From Lama guanicoe (Eukaryota): a DNA stretch of 64,000 bases. Both the position numbers and the translations under genes were made by a program. The stretch is taken from contig MU053376.1 in assembly GCA_013239625.1 (NCBI GenBank), positions 1,264,833 to 1,328,832 on the forward strand, written 5' to 3'. The first letter of the stretch is position 1, and each line of letters begins with the position of its first letter. Below the pieces are notes generated by a model that did no database searches, was not told where the DNA came from, and saw nothing but the letters and a program-made list of their open reading frames with translations. Of this stretch, positions 13,571-26,516 are shown in pieces.

Positions 13571-15299
13571 ATCCATTCCCTTTCTTTCCTGAAACTGCTG
13601 TAGCCACAGCCTGCAGGCTGGCGTGGCCAGTGCCAGCACATAGTGGTCACTCAGTAAATTGTTGATTGAATAAAGAGAGGGGATGTTTAGAGTTGCTGGG
13701 GGACCGGAAACCCCCAGAGAGAGGACTGCAATCTGCTCTGGAGGCCACAGGGAGGCTGGGGATGGTGGGGGTCAAAGAAAGAGAAGGGAGAAGGGAGATC
13801 TGTGGAGAGGTGGGCAAAGGGAAAAATGGGGAAGAGAGAGGAAAGAAAAGTGGAGAAAGGGGAAAGGGACTCGTCCCAAGAGAAAGCAGGGCAGGAAGGA
13901 GAGGAAGGAGGACTCCGGTGAGAGGAGGGCAGAGGTGGGGGGGTGCGGATGGCAGGGGAGGAGAGGAGGCGGGTGCTTGGGGCAGCTGGTGAGCCACAGT
14001 GAGAGAGCAGAGGGCACCCGGGCACTTGGCAAGCTCTCCCGTCCCCCCTCCCCCCACTGCCCGGTTGTGACTCTCCCTCCTCCAGCAGGAAGATGAGCAG
14101 AGCTGGGATCATCTGTCTTCATTACACCATCCCCACCAGCTCCGTCACTTCTTGCCAGAAAACTCATCAATATTCCCCTGTGGCTTGGCAGACTGAGCCC
14201 CCTCCCTCCCCTGCCCCCACCCTGGTTCCTCCTTCTCCTCCCAGGCTCTGTGCCGGACCAGCTGATGAGAACACCCCAGCCCTCCACTCTGGGGTCCCTC
14301 TGCCTCCTCCTTGGAGATCCAGCCATGCCCTTCCTCCCTGCAGGATCCCGGGATACCTTCCCTGGAGGAGGGGAGGGGGCTCAGCCAGGCTGAGATGTGC
14401 TGTCTCTGTGTTATCAGCTCCTTTGAGATGCCATCCTGACCCTTCTATTTGAAATATTTAAGCCTCCCAGCACCCTGTAGTCCTCGTGTCCACTTCGTTT
14501 TTCTGTAGTCTAAAGCACTGATCATTTTCTAATGAGTTATTATTCATAACTTATCACACGCATTTACTCTATATACTTGTCCCTTCCTATTAGAATGCAT
14601 ACTTCGTGAGGGCAGGGCTTATGTGTTGACTGCGGCACAGTCAGCCCCGAGACCAGCGCCTGCAACTAATAAGTGAAATGAATGAATGTCTGGGGGCTGT
14701 GTTTGGATGCCCAGCAGCAAGGTGTTAGCTCCTTTGGGGGCCTAACAGGCTCACTAAATGTTAGGGAGTCTCAGTACTTCTGGAACCCAATGGCTTTGAC
14801 AGAAAAAAACAGAAGTATAAATTAGATTGGAAATTCCCCTGCTTTCACCCACCCAGTGGTTTCTGTTACCCTTATGACAAAATCCTAGATTATTTCCCAG
14901 CTTGGCCCCTGGCTGTATTTCTACTCTTTTCTACTGCCTTCTGCTTCATTCACCCAGCTAAAGCCACTCTGAATCCCTTGCAGTTCCTCCAGCACCCCGA
15001 GGTCATTCCCCACTCAGGGTCTTAGCACTGAATTAAATCCCACAGCCCAGATTCAATGCTGTTTCCATCAGACATTGAACTGGCCTTCAGATAGCCTGTC
15101 CCTCACTTCATTCAGGTCTCAGCTGAAATCTCATCTCCTCTGTGATGCCTGCCCTGAACACCTGAGTGGACACCGCTTTCCTCATCTCCTTCCATCCCCT
15201 TACCCTGCTTTATTCTCCTTATGTGCTACCTGACTATGTACTACATATGTTTGTTTTAATCTCTCTCATTGAAGGGTAATCTCTGTGAGGGCAGGAACT

Positions 15300-17160
15300 T
15301 GGCTGCACCGAATGCAGCAGGCACTGTTGGTGCCCAGGCTCACCTCCTCTTCCCTACAGCAGCCAGGGCACTGGCAGGCTCAGCCCCAGCTTCCAGCATC
15401 TGGATTTCTTTGCCAACAGCTTTCTCCTGCTGCACTTGCTTTGCTTGGTTCTGCATCAAACAGAAGGGAATTGACAGGAAATTGACACACACAAAGCTGT
15501 TGGGAGGTGGTGTTTACATACCCCTGCCCACTTGCTCCTCTGGTGGGATGACTCTGAAGTTCTAGTTCTGTACTGGCTCCTGGAGTTACTTGAAATGGAC
15601 TTAAGTCTTAATTACTCTCAGTGGTAATTTGCTTGATAACAATCCTTTATTGGCTGCCTTCCCTTCTCTCTCTCCCTTCCCTATTTTCCTACTGGTGTTT
15701 CCTGGGATCACTTTCCAAATAAAATCTTATCTCATGTTGGAATGCTTATGCATTGCTGGTGGGGATGTAAAATGGTATGGCTGCTTTAGAAATCAGTTTG
15801 GCAGTTTCTCAAGATGTTAAACATGGAGTTACCATATGACCCAGCAATTCTACTCCTAAGTATGTACTTAAAAGAACTGAAAACATATGTCCACACAAAA
15901 ACTCTACACAAATGTTCATAGCAGCATAATTTATAGTAGCCAAAAAGTGGAAACAATCTAAATATCCCTCAGCTGATGAATGGACAAGTGAAATGTGGTA
16001 TATCTATACAATGGAATAGTATTCAGCCATAAAAAAGAATGAAATACTGACATATGCTATAACATGGGTGAACCTTGAAAACATGCTAAGTGAAAGAAAC
16101 CAGTCTCAAAGGACTACATACTGTATGATTCCATTTATATGAAATATCCAGAATAGGTAAGTCTATAGACAAAAAGTAGATTCATGGTTGCCAGGGCTCA
16201 GGGGAAGAGAAGAATGAGGAGTGACTGCTGATGGGTATAGGGTTTCTTTACAGGGTGATAAAAATGTTCTAAAGTCTATTGTGCATGGAAACAACCTAAA
16301 TGTCCATCGACAGATGCCTGGATAAAGAAGTTGTGTATTTATACAATGGAATATTATTCAGCCATTAAAAATAATAAAATAATGCCATTTGCAGCAATAT
16401 GGATGGACCTGGAGAATGTCATCCTAAGTGACGTAAGCCAGAAAGAGAAAGAAAAATACCATATGATGTCACTTATATGTGGAATCTAAAAACATAAAAG
16501 ACAAACAAACTTATTTACAAAACAGAAGCTGACTCACAGACATAGAAAACAAACTTATGGTTACCAGGGGGGAAAAGGGATGGGAAGGGATAAATTAGGA
16601 GTTTGAGATTTGCAGATACTAAATACTATATATAAAATAGATAAACAACAAGTTTATGCTGTATAGCACAAGGGAACTATATTCAGTATCTTACAGTAAC
16701 TTATGGTTAAAAAGAAAGTGAAAATGAAAATATGTATGTTCCTATATGACTGAAATATTGTGCTGTACACCAGAAATTCACAACCCACCTGTAAACTGAC
16801 TATACTTCAATAAAAATATATTTAAAAAATAAAATAAAATAAAGTCAATTGTGGTGATGGTAGCACAACTCTGTGAACAGACTGAAAATCAACAAATTAT
16901 AAATGGGTGAATTTTGTGGGGGTATTTTTTTAGAGATTTTATTTTATTTTTTATTGAGTTATAGTCAGTTTACAATGTAGTGTCAATTTCCAGGGCAGAG
17001 CAAAATTTTTTAGTTACACATGAACATACATATATTCATTGTCACATTCATTTTTGCTGTGAGCTATTGTGTTCTGTTAATGATACCTCAAGAAGGCTTT
17101 TTTATTTTTTTTAAAGCCCTTATCTCAAGATCCCCCTCTTGGGAAACCCAAACTAAGATT
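15300..17160 (+). mobile_element. LTR16-like ERVL LTR split by the L1 cluster (pieces ~15300-15734 and ~17113-17160)
   Basis: CCTGGGATCACTTTCCAAATAAAATCTTATCTCA before the L1 and CCTTATCTCAAGATCCCCCTCTTGGGAAACCCAAACTAAGA after it rejoin into a LTR16-type 3' end; CTTATCTCA is duplicated at both junctions. Confidence 0.6.
15735..17112 (+). mobile_element. Older L1 (L1MB-like) 3' region containing a younger L1 (16284-16839) and followed by an antisense L1 tail (~16925-17065)
   Basis: L1 3' UTR motifs throughout; inner TSD TAAAGTC[T/A]ATTGTG at 16270-16283 / 16840-16853. Confidence 0.85.
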
Positions 17161-20100
17161 CCCCAGAACCTAGAATTGTGCTTAGCACACAGTAGGCATT
17201 TGGTCAGTATGGAAACACATAATGAATGACTAAATGAATGGAAAACAAATGCAAACACAGGCTGGATAACAGTCACACAAAAACAAAGAACTTTGAACCG
17301 AACCACAACCACCAGCCCCTGAAGCGCGTCCTCAGCCATCACCTCACTCCCCACTGGAAACAGACTCAAATCTCACAGGCCTGCCTGGAATTGTCTTAGC
17401 GTGTGAAGGGGGCAGAGTGGTGTGTGTGTGGGGCAATGAGATGGTGAGGGTGGGAAAGGGCTGTGTGTGCGTGTGTGTCTGTGTATTTGAGTGGAGGTGT
17501 GTGCGTGTGTGACTGTACATGGGGTGTTTATGGGTGTGTACCTGTGTGTGCATGCATGTGTGTGCAGTAATCACAGTGTAGGAGTCAACGACAGAGCCAT
17601 CAGAGGTGGAGAGGGACGTCTCGGAGCAGCGGGAGCCACCTCCTGATACCTTAGAGCCAACCAGCGCCCGCCCAGCCCCCTTTGTGTCTCCCTCTGAGCC
17701 ATGAAGCCCCCCTATTGGAGTCCCTGCCCACTGGGGTCTTTACAGCAGATCGCTGTCACTTCCTTAGGATGTCCCCACCCAAGCAGGGGTTTGGCGAGCA
17801 CTTCCAGCTATTGATTACTTGCCTGGTCCCATCTATAGGGGTCGAGGGCTGAAAGGAGAAAACGGAGCCCAACCCTGAGCAGATTTAGAGCACAGAGGGA
17901 TGCCCCTCACCCATAATCCAACATTCCAGACCTTTTCTTGTCCGTTAGCAATAAAAACAGTTTTTATTCGATTTAGAACATAATCCCCATTAGAATGTGC
18001 TTCCGATGATCTGTGACTCATCGTCCCACTCAACTGCTGGGCTGTCAGGGCTCTGCTGGGCTTCGAGGGCTAAGGTCCAAGCGGCCACGCGCGTTCTGCG
18101 AGGCTGTGCCGTGGGTGGGAAGCGCACTGGGGGCCCGAGTGTGAGCCCTGGCCCTGCACTGACCGCTGGAGGTGTGGAGCAGGCCCCAGTTTCCCTGCAG
18201 TGTGGTCAGCGAGGGGCTGGTATTCTGTTCCTGTCTGACATGGGACAGCTCTCCCTTCCCTCTTGGTGGCCACCAGGACCACCCCCTCTTTCCTCACACC
18301 CTTGACGGTTGCAGGGGTGGCTGGGCAGATGCCCCATCCATTCTGCAGGGCACCACGGACTCTCCTTCTCGCTGTCCTGGGCCAGGAGCTCAGAGGCAGA
18401 GGAGTAAATCCTCTAGGCTATCTCCAGACTCTACCTCCCTGGGAACCTGCTCGTTCCACCCCTGTAGATGGCCAAACACCCTTGGGGGCTGTGAGCAGGA
18501 ATAGAAGCATGGAACCTGTTCCAGGCATCCTCTGACATTGCCTCCTGTGACTCTGACAACTTCCCTCAAACTCCTCCCCAAACAGAGAGCCCTGCCACTT
18601 CCAGGCAGCATCTCCCCAGCCCATCCCAGCACTCCTACTGACCATTTAGTCAGTCATCACTCAATAAATATTTTTGGCCTGTCTACTCTGAGCCAGGCAC
18701 TGCGCCAGGTCCTGGGGATACCAAGATGAATGAGGATGTCGGAGGGTCCCCGTCCTCTAAGACTTCAGGAGAAGCAGACAAATATCACGTGATATGTCAC
18801 GGTGAAAAGCGAGGTTAGTGCTCATAAAACAGAGCGTTTACCATGAGCAGTCACTGTTTTTGTGTGACTACTGTTTTAAGCACTTTCCATACATTAAGTC
18901 ACATAATCTCACAACAGCCCCATAGTGTGGATATTACAAATATAGCAGCTGAGGCTCAGAGAAGTTAAGTAACTTGTTCAAGGTCACCCAGCTTGTAGTA
19001 AATGGGGTGAAGATAGATTCAAATTTAGGCCATTCAGCTCTAGAGTGGAGCTTTTAAACAATGCTAGATTGCTCCTGGATGAGTACAAGAGGGAGAAACA
19101 CAGGGGCCGGGCAGCGCAGCTGCCTGGAGGGGTAACGAGGAATTGCTGCGTGTCCACCTTCTCTTCCCAGACACCTTGAACTACCTTAAACTTGGGTCTA
19201 AACACAAGGGGCTGGTACGGGCTTCCAGCTTCACACTATTAAGTCCTAAACGGTCAAAGCTCTTTCATGAGCTGAAGGGCAGCAGTGTGCGTCCTCGGCA
19301 CAGGAGGGCAGGGAGGCAGCAGGATCATGGTGCCAGGAATCTGTGACCACAAGACTCCGAGTCTTTGGCACCTGTTACCACCACATATGGAGGGCAGCCT
19401 GGAAGCCCCCATGTGGCCTGTTTCCCCTTTATTTAATTCATTTATATTACAATCTACACGTTCTCGGTCATAACTCATCACACTTCAACTTCGTGGTTTC
19501 ATTTTCTGTCTGTTTCATAATGTTTCCCGGGAGCTGGAGCAGGAGCTGTGCAGGTCTTAGCCAAGGCCGTGCCCCCTGCAAACAACGCCATGCCTGGCAT
19601 AGAAGATGCTTATTAAAGTTAGTGAAAGAATGGATGATGGGTGAATAATAGGTAAGTGGATGAGTCTGAGCCTTACAACTACCCTGGGAAAGTGGAGTAG
19701 ATATTATTATCTCCATTTTATGGGGCTTAGGGAAGTGGCCTGGCAGAGCTACAGGACCAAATCCTTGGTCTGACTCCAAGCAAGGGAACTTAGTTGGGTC
19801 ACAATAGGAGCAAGTGCCCACAGCCACAAGAATTTCTAAAGACCCAAGGAAAGTCGGGGGACAGCAAACTTCTCACCTCCCTGGGCCCCATTATCCTTCC
19901 TCTTTGCCTCCCCTGCCCGGGGCTGGTCCCCTCCAGCAGGGCATCAGTAGACCCCAGAAGGCTCCCATCCCTTTCCCTGCCTCAGTCTAGACATGCGCCT
20001 GGGGGAGGGACACGAATATTGATATGCATCTCTGGGACCACAGTGACAAAATCCTCCTACACCAGCACGCCCACTGCGATGAAGACCCCAACCCAGCACT

Positions 20101-20476
20101 CTCAGGGCAAACATTTCATTCAGTCAGTCAGTCAACACATTTATCGAGGGCACACTGTGTACCAGGCAGAGTTCTAGGCGCCTGGGACCCAGGCCTGCCG
20201 TTAAGGGGCTCTCAGTCTAGCTGGAGAGACAGACAAGAAGTCAGTCAAACGAGCCAGCAAGATGAGCAACTGGCATGGTGGGCACACTGAGGAGAGGAAG
20301 AGGAAGCTACCTCTCTGAGGGGCCCAGACACTGTGATGAGAAGTAGCACAATTTGCCAGCAGGATTCTTGTAATTCTTCTAATTCTACAAGAAGAGCCCA
20401 GCCGCTGAAGCAAATGTGTGAGGCCAGGAGGGGCAAGAGAGGAGACTGAAGGAGGGGGCAGTAACAATCCCAGTTC

Positions 20477-21056
20477 TGGGGCAGGGCACAACCACTGATG
20501 GCATGACACAGCCACTGAGGACAGGACAAACTGGTCAGAACCAAGATGGCGGAAGGTTCAACCTCCAGTAGACCTTGAGCCTCACTGTGCACCCGCAGGT
20601 GCCATGACAGTTCCTAGGCTGATCATAAAAGGTCAAAAAGTGGGCAGGAGGCATTTCCTGGAAATCCTCGCCCGTTCCCCAAAGTAGCTGGAACAATCCT
20701 CCTACTCGTTAGCATATGAAGTTACTGAGTCCATAAAACCTAACAGCTCTGCACCTTGTGGTCACTCTCTCTCTCTCGCCTTCTGAGACGCCCGCACTCT
20801 GTCTATGGAGTGTGCATCTACTTTTACTTTAAACTAAACACCCCACACCTCTCTGTCGCTCTGCCTCTCCCCTTTCTGAGATGCCCACATTCTGTCTATG
20901 GAGTGTGTATCTCCTAAGCCTCTCTCCCTTCTGAGTGAGACGGACCCCACTCTGTCTATGGAGCGTGATTCTCTCTGAATAAACTTGCTTTCCCTTTACC
21001 ATGCCTTGCTCTTGAATTCTTTCCTGCGCAAGGCAAGAATCTACTCTCCCACAACA
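20477..21056 (+). mobile_element. ERV1-class solo LTR, MER41-like
   Basis: Begins TG (20477) and ends CA (21056), with an exact 4-bp TSD GTTC on both sides (20473-20476, 21057-21060). Contains CATAAAA at 20732 and AATAAA at 20978. ACTCTGTCTATGGAG and AATAAACTTGCTTTC...GAATTCTTTCCTGCGC are hallmarks of MER41-type LTRs. Confidence 0.85.
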
Positions 21057-22939
21057 GTTCTAACTGCTTTGCTCAGGAAAACTCATTGAAGTCTATGAGG
21101 CAGGTACTCTTAACATTTTGATTTCCTAGATAATGAAACAGTGGCACAGAGAGGTTTTAGGAACTTGCCCTTAGTCACACAGCTAGAAAGTAGTGGGCAG
21201 GATTTGAACCCAGGAAGTCTGGCTCTGGCAGCTATGTTTCTGATCACAATGCACTGCTTAGGCAAGACGGAGTCAAACCATCTACGCCCTTTTGGTCATT
21301 CTAAAGAGCCAAGATGATCCCTCAAGGTTGTCAGGTGCCAGGTCAGGCTGGGACGTGTTACCTTTGAGGTGCCTGTGGGACACCCAGGGGAAGATATACA
21401 GCAGTTACATAGGAGCCCCAGAGCCCCGCCGCCCCCCAGGCCCCACTTCCTCCCACCCACCCCGAACCACTGTCCCGCCCTACCTTCCACAACCGCCCAG
21501 AGCCACCGGCTTCGTGGAAAGCCCCTGTGCTTACCCTGGACTCCCAGGGCCCCACGGTTCCCAGGGCTCCTTCCCTGCGGCGGCGTGGCCTCCCGTGGAT
21601 GGGGCAGCGCGGACCCTCCGCCATTTCCGGCGCCCCCCCTCCACCGTAGGGTGGGACTTTTTCACCCTGGGTTCCCCTAACTCCCTCCGTGGAACTGGAC
21701 CGTGGCCTGTGACTTCTCGCCCTGAGCAAACCAGCGCCTGATTGAGGAAGACCCATGCCAGTCCTCACCGGGCGCTGCCAGTCTGCCCAGCGGGGTGTTC
21801 CCAGAGGGCAGTGCCCGGTCTGCACTGGGAGATGGGGGAGAAGTGAGTGTGACGGGCAGTGACAGGGACGGGAGGACCCCAAGGTGCACAGGAGTGACCG
21901 CTCACTGTGGATCACGAGACCTAGATGCTAACCCTGGCCCTGCTACAGACCTGCCATGTGACCTTGGACGACATGCCCGGGGCTCCTCTGTAATGCTCCC
22001 CAAGGGCTGCCTCTCCCACCTGTAGGAGGGGGCAGCCCTCTGCCCCCAGGTGCAGTTCTGGACGGGGCTGGGTGAGGGCAGAAAGCTCAGCAAAGGTGTT
22101 TTAGCAACAAGCAGGACAAAGGAGCGGCTTAGCTGGGAGCTTACTCTGCTTACTTTCCCGTCTGGGTGTCGGGACACGCCGGGGCTGGGTGGCCGCGTCT
22201 CGGTAAGCCTCTCGCTACAATAGCATTCTCTGCGGCAGCGCTTAGACCGCGAAGGTAATCCGCTCAGGGAAAGCCTAGCGCTGCCACGGTAGCCTGGGGT
22301 GTGTCAGGGACACCCCTCCCCGCCTCCCTCCCTGCTCCCCTGCCCAGTGAGTCACCTTCAGATGCCCCACGGGCCCACCAACAAGCCCTGGTCAGGGGAG
22401 GGCTGACAGGTCCTTCTCAACTGAGAAGAATTGAGTTAGACTCTAAGAAGAACTGTCCCAGTGTTAGGGCCGTTGAGTTAGGAGCCATGTGGTCTCTCTT
22501 TGTTGAAAGAGAGTTTTTAAAAATATGAGATATTTTCTTGTCTGAGGTAGAAGTTAGATGAGTGGAGGTTTGACATGAAGGCAGGGAGATGGCCATTAAA
22601 CCTCCAGAACTTTCTGGAAAGGAGCTGAGTGGGAGCTGGGGGTACTACACCAAAGCCATGGGTGAGGAAGACCCCCAGGAATAGCTCTCCAAGACGTATT
22701 TCCCCTTTCCCTCATGGACAACGAATCTGACTGTGAATCCCGAGTCCTAGGTGTGCGTCTGACTATGGGAACCTCTCTGATCTGCTGTTTCCTCTTCTGT
22801 CACACAATTTTTGCTCCATAAAACATCTCTGACCCGACACTCTCAGCATTTGATACTATTCACTTCTCCATTTTGAAACCTTCTCCTCCTTCAATTACCA
22901 AAACAACGACATTCTCCAGGTCATCCTCCTGCCTCGGCG

Positions 22940-23300
22940 TCAGTTAGGAATCTTCCATTTGCAGGAAACAGAAACCTCGACCTAACAGGCTTAAAGACCA
23001 AAGGAGAGTTATTTATCCACCACTGGTTCAGGCAGGGATTGATGGAGCAACTCAGGGATGTCACCAAGGGGTATGTTTCTTTCCATCCCTGCCTCTGTCT
23101 TCCTCAGCCTAAAAGGCTGGCTCCCCTTGGGGACCTAGAACCTGCCTCCTTGTTCATATACTGATGGAAAGAGCTTCTTTGCCCATCACATCCATCAGAA
23201 GTGTTGTAATCCTCTGACTGACCTGACTTAAGACAATGTCCTCCCCCCCAATCATGGTTTCTAGAGGGGTGTCATGTGCTCCATCAGGAGTCTCTGGGCT
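22940..23300. mobile_element. Old MLT1 (J/K-like) LTR remnant
   Basis: GTCAGTTAGGAATCTTCCATTTGCAGGAAACAGAAACC...GGCTTAAAGACCAAAGG. Confidence 0.5.
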
Positions 23301-24740
23301 GGGATAGGGGACAGCCCCGGCACACACTCTTCCCCGGGCCTCTCCCTGCCCCGCTGCCTCAGCCTCTCGCCAGCTGCTCCCCTGCCCTCCGTGCTCCCTC
23401 TCACAGGGCATGTCTACTTGACGTCCTTGAATTCGTCCTTACAGAAAAAGAATTAAACATCCTTTCCCTACCCTCACCCTCCTCACACATACACACCTTG
23501 GCTCTCTGGTTACTCCCATCTTGGGCTGGTCCTTCTCCTTCATCCTCCCACATCACATCCAGCTGTTCTGGAACCCAGGCCCTCTCCACTATGTCTACAG
23601 TCACCCTAAGCCTGGACCATAGAAACACCCTCCTTTGCCTCCTTCCCCAGGCAGCCAGTCTCCTTATCACTTTCATATCAGCCGTCCTGAAACACAGTTG
23701 CTTCTTACCATACCCTCCCTCAAAAGCCTTCTATGGCTCCCCATTGCCCACGTGACCAAATCCACCTCCCTGAGCCTGGCATTCAAGGCTCCTTGTGAAG
23801 CAGCTTCCTCTAACTTGATGGGCCTCCACTTTGCCCTCCACACCGCTGTATGTCACACACCCCGTCTCGTTCAGTGCTTACCCTGAAAGACCATGAGCAC
23901 TCCTGCCTCTTCACTTTTTCCTGTAGCTTCCCAAAGGCCACCCTCCCAGCAGCTCTCCCTGACTGGTTCTGCCCTGCAACCTCTCTGTCACTGTCTGCAG
24001 CCAAGACACACATCTAAGTGTGTATATGCCTGTCTGCCATTCTGTTCCCAAATGCATCAAAGCCCCTGGACTGAACAGTCACTGCTGCCCTCAGATCCCC
24101 TGGGAGAGCCGAGTCTGGGTAGAAATGAGTTCTGTTTGTGGAAGCACTTGGAACATTCCGAGTGCTGTCAGGTGGAGGTGTGGTTTGGTGTTTCAGGAGC
24201 CTGAAGGGCAGGGGCGGGGATACAGGAAGAAGCTGCAGAAGGTGGAGCCTCAGAGAGAGTGTGGTCGCTAAGGACAGCCTGCTGACCAGGAGAGAGCCAC
24301 TCCTGGCACCAGAAGATACAACACGGGCTATAATCTCAGCCAGCCTGCTGACCAGCTGTGGGAACTCGGGCAAGTCACTTAACCTCTCTGAGCGTCTGTT
24401 CCCTCACTGGGATGCGGGGCATTATTCCAAGGCTCTGTCTGCATCCAAGGTCATTGGAGGATGACCTGAGGTGACGTACAATAGACTGGAGAAGGGGTGT
24501 TCACCCGGTGACCTGGCCTTAGTCTGACCTGCCTCTGGGGGACATAGAAGGGGCTAGAAGGAAGCCTGGCCTGCCCCCAGCTAGAAGCTCTGCACCAGTC
24601 TGGCCCTCAGCAGGCTGTGGGGAGAACAGGAGCAGATCAAAGGCCAGGGTTGTAAACAGCAGGGCGGGCCCCTCTCTTCCCAGGCAGGAAACCTGCAGAC
24701 CAACCCCATCTGACACCCTCCTGGACGCCAGCAGAGCCTT

Positions 24741-24758
24741 CCTGCCCTCTAGTGGACA
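24741..24758 (-). promoter_or_regulatory. CTCF motif (reverse)
   Basis: Reverse complement TGTCCACTAGAGGGCAGG; binding not demonstrated. Confidence 0.6.
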
Positions 24759-25244
24759 CAGTTAGAAGGTGCACCCACTTCTGCAGTACAGCTGCAGGCA
24801 GAGCTGTCTACTCTTAACAGCTACAGAGAGCCACTGCGCACCGTGCTAGGAAACTTGTCTTATAGAATTCTCAACAGCCCTTCAAGACCTGCCTCATCAT
24901 CCTCATCTCACAGATGGAGGTCCTAAAGCTTAGAGGTTATGGAATTGCACAAGCCCACACCATTCATCACAGTGGAGCTGGGATTCTCGGGCTAGAGGGT
25001 ACATGGGGAGGTCTGGGACCCTCTAAGAACCTCCCCTGGGGAGGAGCTGGCTAGGGGCTGGGAAGATGTAGGTTTTGTCCTGGGGTAATCGGGGCAGCTG
25101 GCTCTGCAAAGTCCTCCTGAGAGCCCACCGCCTCCTTATGCTCCTTGGTCGCCCCTCTGTCTGCAGCCTCAACTTTCCCCAGGCAGCTTCCCCTCCAACA
25201 TGGAGGCGGATCCTGTGGCCTAGGGCCCCTTTTCCTCTAAGGTA

Positions 25245-25560
25245 AGTGTCCACAGACTTTTCTGTAAAGGGCCAGGGAGTAAATATTTGAAGCCTCATGG
25301 GCCGTATGGTCTCTGTCGCAACCCATTCTGCTGTCGTGGCAGGAAGCAGCCACAGATGACGCATAAGTGAACGATGCATGGCAGTGTTCCAAGAAAACCT
25401 CATCTATAGACACTGAGGTTTGAATTTCATGTGATTTTCAGGTGTCATGAAGTCTTATTCTTCTTTTGAATTCTTTCAACTCTTTAAAAATGTAAACAAA
25501 ACAAAACATTCTTAGCTTGCAGGCAGTACAAAAACAAGTGTCGGGGCCTTGACATCCCTG
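25245..25560 (+). mobile_element. MER58B-like hAT DNA transposon
   Basis: TTTTCTGTAAAGGGCCAGGGAGTAAATATTT...TTGAATTTCATGTGATTTTCA...CATTCTTAGCTTGCAGGCAGTACAAAAACA. Confidence 0.75.
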
Positions 25561-26209
25561 CCCTTGCTCTAAGATGTAAGAGTCTGTCTCTACAGCATCC
25601 AGGCTTCAACTCCTCCATCTGACTGCTCTTTCTTTGTCCATTGTTCTATCTATTTCTCCTTCCGATCCCTCAGTGACACCAAGACCCAGGAGCCCACCCC
25701 CAGCCCTCTGTTCTCCTCTCCTCATGGACCCTCATTCTCACCGTCTCCTGAGTGTGGTGCAGGGAGTCCCAACATCCACCCTCTTCCCACCTCTCTTCAG
25801 CCATAAAGCCTTTGTCTGGCCACCCCAGATGGCTCACCAGCCCTTTAGCTTGCCTTGCACTTCCTGACCTGTATGTTTTAGAAGCCTGTTCCCTTCTCCA
25901 AACTCCCAGCAGTGACCTGGCATGCTCCAGACAGCCCACTGATACTGCTGCTGCTCTGATGGGGGTCTGAGTCCTGACTCTGGCACCAGCCATCATGTGA
26001 GCTTTATCTTGTCCTTCTCCAGGCCCTCATTTTGCCCATGTTTTCTGCTGCAGTGTTGGAGAAGCAGTGTGATGCTGTGACTTGAGAACCGAGTCAGCAG
26101 ATGAGACTCCTGGGTTCTAGCTGCAGCTCTGAACTTAGGGGAGTTACAGAGCCATATGCATCAGGATACACAGACCTGGATCCCAGAAAAGACAGATTTG
26201 GACAGAGAG

Positions 26210-26390
26210 GGTTCTCACCACCAAAAAAAAAAAGAAAGTTAACTGTGTGAGGTGATGGGTGTGTTAACTAAATGTACTGTGGTAATCATCTCACAATATA
26301 TGTGTATATCAAATCACATTGTGTGCCTTACGCCTTAAACTTACACAATGTTATATGTCAGTTACAGCTCAATAAATCTGGAAAAATCTA
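26210..26390 (+). mobile_element. L1MA-like 3' terminal fragment
   Basis: TAACTGTGTGAGGTGATGGGTGTGTTAACTAA...TTAAACTTACACAATGTTATATGTCAGTTACAGCTCAATAAA. Confidence 0.75.
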
Positions 26391-26497
26391 GATTAACAAA
26401 ATATATATACACTTGGGAATCAACAGCATTTAGATAGTCACGAAGCCCTGAGAGATGATGATCCTGAGACACCCACAGGGCCTGTCTTAACCCTCTG

Positions 26498-26516
26498 TGG
26501 CCAGCAGGTGGCAGCA
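26498..26516 (+). promoter_or_regulatory. CTCF motif (forward)
   Basis: TGGCCAGCAGGTGGCAGCA matches the CTCF core consensus; binding not demonstrated. Confidence 0.65.

Noticed and set aside
13380..14452. Lys/Glu/Arg-rich and Phe/Leu/Ser-rich ORFs
   Set aside because: Translations of (GAAA)n and purine-rich low-complexity DNA.
20779..20972. Spaced direct repeats superficially like a CRISPR array
   Set aside because: Only three degenerate units with uneven spacers, inside a retroviral LTR in mammalian DNA, and no cas genes.
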